Virus record (IMG/VR): IMGVR_UViG_3300046804_003055
Coordinates: 1-58,669 of that record
Reading direction: 5' to 3' (one strand)
DNA length: 58,669 nt
Origin: a virus
Lineage: Duplodnaviria > Caudoviricetes
The first letter of the stretch is position 1, and every line of letters starts with the position of its first letter. The translations under genes were made by a program, and so were the position numbers. Below, in pieces: positions 17,301 to 29,300 of the stretch. The notes under the pieces were generated by a model. It had not been told where the DNA came from and ran no database searches. It worked only from the letters and a program-made list of their open reading frames with translations.

Positions 17301-20300
17301 ATGGCCAATATACGAACCAAAAATTTATTTAGATACAAGTTTAATTACACCTCGCTGGATGATTCAAGGACATGATGGTAGTCAAGTACTAGCATACGGC
17401 TCTTATAGTGAAGGTGATATTCCTGACTATAGAGATAACGTTATTTTAGAACTTGAAAAAAGGATTTTTAATAATATAAAAGTTCAATATGACCCTACAA
17501 TTTTTAACATTTACGATATTTTTCCAAGATACGATCGTCCATCAAAATATACACTAGAAGAATTCAACGAAGTTTTAGCCCCAGCATTTTATAAATGGAC
17601 AGAATTAGTAGGAGCAAATGGTAGTAAACCTTTAAATTATGATATTAATAATTCTTTCACATTTAACTATACAGGACATGAACTACCTAATAAATCTACT
17701 TCATTAGGCTATTGGCGAGGAATTTATAGGTACGTTTTTGATACCGACCGTCCTAATCTATGTCCTTGGGAGATGCTAGGATTAACAATTGAACCTTCTT
17801 GGTGGACTGAGGTTTATGGCGAAGCTCCTTATACTAATAATAATATTCCTATGTGGAAAGATATTTCTGAAGGAATTATTAGAGAGCCTGGAAAACAAAT
17901 AGTTTACTTAGATGACTATAAAAAACCATTTTTATTAAATCATATTCCTGTTGACGAATATGGAAATTTATTAAGTCCGCTATCTTGCGGAATTACAAAA
18001 GGAACTATAACACCTAGCGTTAACGGAAAATATGTGTTTGGTGATGTTGCTCCTGTAGAGGCTGCATGGAGAAGAAGTAGCCATTTTCCGTTTAGTATTA
18101 TTACTGCTTGCTCTATATTAATGCCATCAAAAGTATTTGGTGTTGCTATAGATAGGTCTAGAATAGTTAGAAATAAAGCAAATCAGTTAATCTATAAAGA
18201 TACTAGCTTAAGAATTACTCCTAATTCCATCCAATTACCAAGCGTTTATACAAGTTCTGTAAGAGTACAAACAGCAGGAATTATTAATTACATAGTTGAT
18301 TTAATTTTTAATTATATTTTTAGCAATAATCTTAAATCATACGAAGTTTATGCAAACGACCTAAGTACAATGACAGTCCAACTTGGTTATAGAACTGGAT
18401 CTTTTACAAGTAAAGATCAATTTTCTTTACTGCTTGAATCAAAAACTCCTCTAAGTTCAGGAAATTTATTTGTCCCCCAAGAAGATTTTACTGTTGTATT
18501 AAAAAAATCAAATCCTGTACGTACAATTAACTATAGCGGAATTATAATTACTAAAATTTCGACAGGTTATGAAGTTAAAGGTTATAGTAAAACTCATCCA
18601 TTTTTTAATTATTATTCCTATATTAAAACTTCAGGAGAAATTAATATTGGCGGTATATCGTCAACATTTGTTAATTGGAGCCCTAATAGTACGTACCATG
18701 TGGGTGTAATTGTGTTTTTTGATGGTAATTACTATAGAGCTAAACAAACAGTTACATCCGGCCAAAGTTTTAATTTATCAGAATTTTCTTATATACCAGC
18801 CTTACCTGTAACTGGCGGCCGGACTGTACAAAATAGAATTTCCTGGGATAGAAAAAATATAATAAAGGTTCCTTACGGACACGAATTTACAACAGTCCAA
18901 GAAGTTTATGATTTTATCATCGGCTACGGCGAATATTTAAAAGACCAAGGCTTGATATTTGATGACTATAATAATAATTTAGGCAATGTTTCAAATTGGA
19001 ACACTAGCGCCAAAGAATTTTTATTTTGGACGACTCAAAGTTGGCATGCCGGCCAAGAAAAATGGAGCGACTGGCTTTCTAACCAACCAATTTTATATGG
19101 TACTGTTGTACGATATAATGGAGATTATTATAGTGCTAAATCTAATCTAGCGCCATCGGCTATATTTGACTATGACAATTATATTAAATTAGACGGTTTA
19201 AGTAATGTCGGTAATAGTGTAATAAGTCTAAGTCCCGCCGCCTATAAAATTTCTGTTGTTTCTGATTATGCTGTAGTAGATAATATAAGCAATCCTTTTA
19301 ATACCTATGAATTTTATAAGGTAAATGGAAATCCAATACCAGTTGCTAGTATCAGTATTAGTAAAATAGATAATGTAACTAGTTTTAGTTTAATAGATGA
19401 CGATGGTATCTATAGCGCCAGTTTTTATCTAGTTCAACATGAGCATGTTGTAGTCATCAAAAATAAATCTATCTTTAATGATATAATTTATAATTTAGAA
19501 AGCGGCTATAGAAGAGACAGGATTAAAGTATCCGGCTACATAACTTCAGATTGGAATGGAAGTTTTGATGTTCCTGGTTTTGTTGTAGACCAAGCAGTTA
19601 TAGAAGTATGGAAAGCATGGACCGATTATAATGTGGGCGATGTAGTTAATTTCCAAGGTAATTATTATACTGCTAATGTTTTTATTGCAGGGTCTACCGA
19701 GTTTGAAATTATAAACTGGTCAAAATTAAATTATAGGCCTGTCCCAACACTAATACCAAACTGGACTAATTTAGCTACGCAATTTACTGATTTTTATAAT
19801 TTAGATAGTGACGGTTTGAATGGCAATCAACAAAAAATTGCTCAGCATTTAATAGGCTATCAACGACGTTCTTATTTAAAAAATATACTTCAAGATAACA
19901 TTAGTGAATTTAAATTTTATCAGGGTATGATAAGAGATAAAGGTACTGAAAATGTATTAACTAATTTATTTGGAGTTTTAGGAGCAGATGGTAAAGATAG
20001 CTTAACTTTTTACGAAGAGTGGGCGTTAAGGACTGGAAGATATGGTGCTACATCTTCTTATGAGGAAATAGAATTTGTAATACCAGAAACAAATAAAAAC
20101 TATAATCCTTTAGGTGTAATTTTAACCAATACAGTTGATACTACTCTACCAGCATTTTTATTACAACAAACACCAAATGATATCTATTTAAAACCTCTTG
20201 ACTACAGCTCAACACCTTTTATAACTACTTCTTTGCCAAAAACACTTTTGCGTGATGCAGGATATGTTAATAATGATGATGTAAAAGTATCTTTAGGGAC

Positions 20301-23300
20301 ACTTGGTGAAATAACTACCTATAACCCTAAAGATTTTGTTGAAGGAGATTATGCGTATTGTGCATTTGTTGGAACAAGCTGGAATGTTTACAAATATATA
20401 AATTCAAATTTATCTGTATCTTCAGTTACATATTTGTCTAATATTTTAACTATTACCTTTACTACTTTGTCAGGATTAAAAGCCGGCGACTATATTGGAA
20501 TTTATTCAATTGATGAAATTACAAATTTTTATAAAGTTGCATCTGCTACTTTAAATTCAATTACAATTAGTACCGTCATTAAAGGATGGGTTAATCCTTT
20601 TACTCAAACTAATGATGTTAAAATTTTTAAATTTATTCCTTATAGAATTGCTAATATAGATAATTTAGATTCAGTTGATCTAAAAACTTTAACAAAAAAT
20701 AGCCTTGTATGGGCAGATAGTACCTATTATGGATCTTGGGGAGTTTATAAAAATTCTAATGTATATACAGAAGAAGTTGTTGAAAACCCTATACGCCAAC
20801 CAAATTTATTATTAGGTACAGCAATAGCTGTAAGCAAAGATTCAAAATTTTTAGCATCGTCGACAAGCCAAGGCAGAATAATTGTTTATAACAAAGCAGG
20901 CGAAAGTTTGCCATGGACTTATACACAACTTATTGAAAGACCAGCCATTTCTTCAGATAATAGTTACTTAATTTCTGCAACTTTAACTGCTAGTTCTACA
21001 GTAATTTATTCATCTGCGGCAAGCAATAGTCATTTAGGAGGCAAAGTTGTTGGTACCGGTATTCGAGAAAATACCTATGTAATTTCAGTTTCTCCGGGAG
21101 TTTCTTTACAATTAAGTTTATCGGCTGCTAGTTCTGGTTTAAATTCTTTAACCATTATAACAAATGTTAATACATCAACTACTGGTTCTTCTTTAGCTCT
21201 ATCAGAAGATGGAACATGGCTTGCTGTAGGATCTCCATTTGCAAATTATGCTACTAGTAACTATGTTGGTAATTATAATAATAGTACAACTTATGCTGCT
21301 AACAGTATAGTAACATTGTCAACTACTATTGATGGCGTTACTGTAACAACTGCATACAAAGCATCCTCTCAAACTTCCGGTACTTTAGTCGTCGATTCAA
21401 CAACAAGATTGCCAGTTGGAAATATACCATGGACATACATGCCTTATATACCTGTTGATACTACTGGAACTAATTCTACTCTTACAAACCAGGGAGCAGT
21501 TTCGATTTACAACCGTGATATTAATGGTGTTTATAATTTAGTAGATACAATCTTAAGCCCAAACCCGGCCGATAATGAAAAATTTGGTTATCAAATATAC
21601 TTTACTTCCGGGCTGACCACTAATATTTCTGAATCTTTATATATTTCGGCCATAGGCCATAGTTCCAATGCAGGACGAGTTTATAAGTTAGATTATGGTA
21701 ATATTACTAAAGTTTCTACCTCATATAATCCTATAGGTAGCTCTGGAACTACGATTAAAGTTCAATCAACTTCAGGAATATCAAAAGGTATGACTGTTGT
21801 AGGAACAGGTTTTAGTTCTGGACAAACAGTCAAAACTGTTGTAGATACTAAAACCCTAATTTTAAGTTTAGCACCAGATTCGACTCCAACCGGCACTTTA
21901 AATTTTGGTATTATAGGGTGGGGATTTTTTGATTTTTATGCAAATTATGTAGGAGATTCAAATACACAAAATTTTGGAACCTCAATAGTTGCATACAATA
22001 ATAAATTAGCGATATCTGGTTTATCATCAGTTACAAATCAAGGCACTGCCGGATATGTCAACATATACACAAATCTAAAATATGGTTCTGCTAAACCATC
22101 ACCTCAACGATTATTTAGAGACTTATCAAGTTTAGATCCTCAATTGTCGGGAAAAATCTCATTTGGCAAATCAATTGATTTTTCTCCTAACGGATTGTAT
22201 TTGGTTGTTTCGGATGTTTATTATGATAAAGATAGTTCTCCCCTCGCCGGAAAAGTAGCAATTTATTCTCAACAAACTAATGATCAATTTATCTTACTAC
22301 AAGAATTGGTTAATCATCATGTAACTCCTAGTGGAAATTTTGGTAGCCACGTATCATTTTTAACAAATAATACAGTTATAGTGTATAGTATAACGGCAGC
22401 AAATAGATTTGAACAAATATTTGATAATGGAGATACAACATTTGATAATGATAGAACATTTATTTTAGAACCATCTAATCCTAATGGCAGAGTTGACATA
22501 TATGATAGATACAATACTACTTGGGTCTATAGTGAATCATTAGATGGAACATTTGACGAACCAGTAGGTTACGGCTCATCAATAGCTGCTTCTAATAATT
22601 GTGTATTAGTGGGATCTCCAAACGCCCTAGACAAAAATATTCAATCTGGTAAAATATATTACTATACTAAATTAGCTGATATATTTTCTTGGCAATTAAT
22701 TGATTATGGACAACAAGTACCAGATGTAACTAAAATTAAAAAAGCATTTTTGTATAACAACCAATCTAATAATTTATTAACTTATATAGATGTTATAGAT
22801 CCTTTACAAGGAAAAATTGCTGGCCCAGCAGAAGAAGAAATTAAGTATAAAACTTTTTATGACCCAGCCAAATATTCAAATAGTACACATACAAACCTAC
22901 TAGATGAAAAATCTTTTTGGACAGATAAACAAGTAGGTTTATTGTGGTGGGATTTAAGAAATGCTAAATTTTTAAACAATTATTCTTCTAATTATGTTTA
23001 CAGAACTAGTTTATGGAATACACTTGCTCCAAGTGCAAGTATAGACATTTACGAATGGGTTGAAACTAATTTATTACCATCTAAATGGGATGCTTTAGCA
23101 GACACACCAACAGGATTAGCGCAAAATATAAGTGGTACATCATTATATGGTGATGATGTTTATAGTGTAAGAAAAACATATGATAATATATCAAAAAGTT
23201 ACAAAAGCATTTATTACTATTGGGTAAAAAATAAAAAAATTGTTCCTTCTAATATTAGCGGAAGACATATATCAGCCAACGACGTTTCTTTACTAATATC

Positions 23301-26300
23301 AAATCCAAGAGGCCAAGGTTATGTATGTGCTGCATTAACTGGAAATAATTCTTTTAATCTAATTAATGTTTCTTCTTACCTTTCAGATTTGAATACAATA
23401 TTTTCTTTAGAATATTGGACTATAGATAAAACTGATCAAAACATTCATACCCAATGGAAAATTATTAGCAATGATGCGTCAGTAACTTTACCTAATTTTA
23501 TTATTGAAAAATGGATAGATAGTTTATGCGGTTACGATGCTGTTGGTAGAAGTGTACCAGATTTAACCCAACCTGCAAAATTAAGGTATGGAATTGAGAA
23601 TAGACCTCGTCAAAGCATGTTTATTAATAGGATAGAGGCTTTAAAACAAATTATTGAATATGTAAATGATATTACAAAAGTAAATCAAATTTCAGAAATT
23701 AAAAATTTAAGCACACTAGAATCTTACGAAACTGAACCAAATCAAATTTTAGGTCTCTATGACGACGTTATTGACACAGATTTAGAACTAAGATTTACAT
23801 CGGCTACTTCGTTTAAACAACCAAATCTAAATATTCAAGTTAGTAATGACGGAAAGATTGTTGGCATTACGATAAATTATGCTGGACAAGGTTATAAAAA
23901 TGCACCATATATTGATGTTGTAGGCACCGGAACCGGCGCCGTTGTTCAGAGTGTTATTGATAGTCTAGGAAGAATTGTAGGAGTCACTATAGTTGAAGCC
24001 GGTCAGGGATATGACAGTAATACATACTGCACTATTAGGAATTATTCAGCTTTAGTTCATACTGATTTAAGTTCTTCTAATTCTTGGGCTATCTATTCAT
24101 ATAATCCAAATACAACTACCTGGACTAGGATTAGGACTCAGGCTTACGATGTTAGAAAATATTGGGAAAAAATTGATTGGTACGCCACTGGATATAATCA
24201 ATTTACACTGGCAGATTTTGTAGTAGACACTACTGTAGATTTAAATTCTATAAATGATGAAATAGGTAATATAGTAAAAGTAAAAACAGACAGCAAAGGC
24301 CAGTGGACACTATTAGAAAAAATATCAAACAGCTCTTCAGTGTTTAATGATTGGACACAAATTTATAAAGTAATTGGTATAGAAAATGGTACAATTCAAT
24401 TTAAATCTAATTTGTATAATTTTGTAGGCACCGATGTTGGATATGATTCTGAAACATATGGCAGTTCTGATTATGATATTGTAGCATCTAAAGAATTGCG
24501 TTTAATTCTAAAATCTTTAAACAATGACATTTTAACTAATGATTTAAAACAAGAATTTTTAAATTTATTTTTTATAAGTGTAAAATATTCCTTAAGTGAG
24601 CAATTATATGTAGATTGGATTTTTAAAACTAGTTTTGTAAAAGCAAATTACAACTTAGGAATGTTAGATCAGCCAGTAAATTATCCAATAGATAACTTAA
24701 AAGATTTTGAAGATTATATTAGTGAAGTAAAACCTTATAGAACAAAAATTAGAGAATATATAAGTCAATATCAAACCCTAGATAATAATCAAACCGCAGT
24801 TTCAGATTTTGATATGCCTCCAGTTTATGAAAACGGGTCGATAAAATTAGTTAATTCATTTGTCACTGCCAATGACACAATACGTGTACTTGATCCTGCA
24901 ATAACAACAGCACCGTGGAAAAATTGGTATGACAATGTAGGTTTTAAAATAATTGAAATTAAATTAATTGACGGCGGCTCTGGTTATGTTTACGAACCTT
25001 CTGTTGTTATCAATAGTAAAAGCGGAAAAGGTGCAAAAGCTCGTGCGTTTATTTCTAATGGTAAAGTTAGAAATATATTAATTTTAGACTATGGAACAAA
25101 TTATTTAAGTACCCCTATAATTTCTATTGTAGGAGGTTTATCTGCATCCGGCATAGCTGCAAAAGCAGTTGCTATTATCGGTGATGGAGTTGTAAGATCT
25201 AATTTATTAGGAATAAAATTTGATAGAATAACAAAAAATTATTTTATAACACAAAATAAACAAATAGAAACATTTGTTGGATCTGGATCATTATTACAAT
25301 TTGCGTTAAAGTGGCCTCCTGATGTAAGGGTAGGTCAATCTAGTGTTACGGTCAACGGTCAACCTGTACTAAGAGAAAATTATTCGTTTACAATTGTTAC
25401 AACAAAAGATTCTTACACTAAACATACAGGTTTATTAGTATTATCTTCTGCACCGCCAAAAAATTCTCAAATTGTAGTTTCTTATCAAATTGATCAAAGT
25501 GTTTTTACCGCAGTTGACAGAATCCAATATTATTATAATCCAGAGTCTGGAAGTTTTGGTAAAGACTTATCTCAATTAATGCTTGGTGTAGACTATGGCG
25601 GAGTAGTGGTAAGTGGATTATCTTTTTCCACCCCAACCGGATATGATTCAGAACCCTTTATGGCAAGTAAATGGGATGCATTTGATTCAACAAATAATAA
25701 TTTTACTGTTATTTTATCTGCAAATACTAGAACAATTACATTGCCGTTTACCCCATTATCTTCTGATGTGTTTAATATCTATAAAGAAGTGGTTGCCGAA
25801 CAACTAATAAATGGTGTAGATGGAATAACTACAAGTTTTAATTATAGTCTAAGTGTATATGATCCTGAAGTTTATGTGTCAAAAACATCAAACACTGGAC
25901 AATACTTAAATCGAACATTCTCAAGTGTAAGTTTCGTTGGCTCAATTATTACAATGGTAATAAATGATACTACCGGGATAGTAAAAGGCATGGGTATAGT
26001 TGGCACTGGTTTTGGCAGATCTCAACTAGTAGACACAATAATAAATTCTACAACAGTAACTCTTACAGCATTACCAAATGTTTCTTTAGTTTCTATTAAC
26101 CAACCATTAGTTTTTACATTTAATTATTCAGGAAGTTCTACCCTTATTGTTAGCAGCACTCAAGGAGTGTATGCAGGTGATACAGTTTCTTCAACTACAA
26201 ATACATTTACCTACGGAACAAAAGTAAAATCAGTAGTTAATTCTACAACAATTATATTAGATAATATTTTATATAATAATATTCCTTTAAATTCAACAGT

Positions 26301-29300
26301 TAAGTTTCAAAGAAAACTTACAAATTTAATTGATGTAACTATATCACCTAATGGCGTAATTAAATTTACAAATGCGCCAACCGCCGGAAGTAATATAAGA
26401 ATTACAGGCAGAACTAATCCGTTAAGATTAGACGACGAATACTATGATACAGTAAGACAAAAGAATAAAGATGCAATTTTAGCTAGCCCAACAGGATATA
26501 GTGTTGATAGCATTACAGTATTAGAGCCCGGTATATATACAAGAATACCAAAAATTCTAATTCAAAATTCTCCAATTGCAGGAAATAGTCCTGAATATAC
26601 TGCTACAGTTTCTACTATTTCAGCCCAAGCAGTAGGGGCTATTATTAGTAGTTACGGAACTGGATACGCAGTTGGGGATACATTAACCGTAGCTAACCAA
26701 GCTACTTTTAAAATAACTGCTCTTAATACAAATACAGGAACTGTTATATCTACATCTGGTGCTGACGTTACTTTATCTTCAACACAAGGTATGGCAGTAG
26801 GTGATTCGTTTGTGATTGCTGGAAACGGAACAGGATTGTTACAAGCAACTTCTGTCTATTACGTTTCAAGTGTTTCAAATAATACAATTCATCTTGCAAA
26901 TAGTCTTGCTAATGCTCTTATAGATAATTTTATTATATTTCCTAATAGTACAGTATCAAATACTACATTTAATTCTGCAAGTTTGATTGGTAGACCAAAA
27001 ACACTAGTTATAGTTACAGCTGGTACCTTTAGTGGCAATTTAACAAATACAGCCCAAGCAACTACAACTAATTCTCTTTATGGAACAGGGTGTACTTTAA
27101 TACTACAATATGGAATTAAAAATATAACAGTATCACAAACCGGTGGTGGCTATATTACTGCACCAAATATTCTTATAGGTACACCTTGGAGTGCAAATTT
27201 ACCAGTTTCTCTAAATGACGATGTAGTTTACCAACATAGACATTATTTGGTTACAGTTGCCGGAACTTTAGATTCAAGTCCTCCGTTACACATAACAGGA
27301 TCAATTGTTTATGGCACTGCTGAGTTAACTTATATAGGTCCAGCAGCAAGTGCTTTTTCAACTCTGTCAATAGGTAAAATTACACTTCCACAATCATTAA
27401 CTGTAAACGACGGAGACACTTTTATTATAAGAAATAGTACTAGTGATGGAAGTTATCAAACTAAAGATTCTGATTATGATACTGCTTTATCGGGCGGCGA
27501 TCTAACATATTCTACTGCGTTAGGTATAGCAGCAGATGATATTATTGTAGATGGTGATGGTTTTGTAACTGCTACTACAAGTCCGGCACCTGAAGAAGTT
27601 GTGCCAGGACAAATTGTAGATTCGTTAGCAGTTAAAGTATTTGACACTCAATCAAGCTCCTCAGCACAAGTTAAAGTAGACAATTACAGTTCTGACGGCG
27701 TAACAACAGGTTATAAAATTAGCCAAACACCAAATAGTAAACAATCTGTTATTGTTAAAGTTGGGGCTGATATTTTAACATACGATGATGATTATACAAT
27801 TGATTATAAAAATAAAACAATTAATTTGAGTGTAGCACCTAGTGCTGGTACTATTATTAGTATTTTTAGTTTAGGTTTTGGCGGAAAAAATATATTAGAT
27901 TTAGATTATTTTATAGGTAATGGCAATACAACCGAGTTTGTTACAAAGGCTACCTGGCAAGATGATATTACAGTACTTGTTTATGTAAATGGTATAGTAT
28001 CATCTCCTCAAGTTTTTAGAACTGACGGTACTTATATAATAGAAAATTCAGTAGGTTTTAGATACGGAGCTCCTCCGGTACAAGGAGATTTAATCAATTA
28101 TGTGATTGTTTCTGGATCATTACCATCGTTTACTATATCTTCTAAAGAACTGATCTATACAAACGGAAGTATATCATACCAATTACAACAACCAATAGGT
28201 AATAATTTACCATTAGATGCAAATATGATTGTACGTAACGGTCAAAATATTTTAACAGCATCAACTAATAGTTATTTTACCATAGGAAAAAACAGATTAA
28301 ATTACACCATTGATAAAACAGTAATTGTACCAGGATCAGTTATTGCATCACAAATTTTTGTATCAGTTGGTGATACACTTTTAACATTTGGTACAGATTA
28401 TGTTTTAAATTTAAATGGGATAACAATTACCATAACAAGAAATATCTATACTCAATATTCTGGAAAAACTTTAGTTATAAGTGTTACACGAGATAATCAA
28501 TATTTTTATAATTCTGTAAACAACACAATTAGATTTTCTCAAAATTATAATGGGGATATTATAGAAGTTATGAGTTTTTATGTTCATGATATATTAGATA
28601 TTCAAAGAACATCATTAACATATAATTCATCTTCTAATTTAACTGCTGATAGTGTTGCTTATTTTGACTATAAAGAAATCGGCCAAGGAACTATTAAGTT
28701 AGATAGGGCAGTCTTAGATGATAGTTATGTTTGGGTTACAAAAAATAATAAATTGCTTGTGCCTGGGATAGATTATAGATTAGTTGATAATAATATCTTA
28801 CAACTTAATGGCACTGTAGTTAACAATGATGTAATTTCTTTAATGACATTTGATTCAAATTTAACAAACGGATCAAGAAATATTGCGTATATGCAATTTA
28901 AAGATATGTTAAACAGGACAACATATAAGAGATTAAGTGCAAAAAAACAAACTTATTTGATTCAAGATTTAAACTATAATGACCGATACATTCGTGTTAA
29001 CGACACTAGTAATTTAACTTTACCTAACAAGCAATTAAACAAACCTGGTGTGGTTGAAATTCAGGGAGAAAGGATAGAGTATTTTGAAGTACGCCAAAAT
29101 ACCCTAAGCCAACTAAGGAGAGGAACACTTGGCACTGGCGTAAGAAATATCTATGTTTCAGGATCTTATGTACAAGACATTGGTGCTAGCGAAACTATTC
29201 CTTATGTTGATGATACTAAGATAAATCAAATTATTTCTGATGGAACAACAACAATTAATTTAGATTATATTCCTAAATCAGTTAATGAAATTGAAGTTTT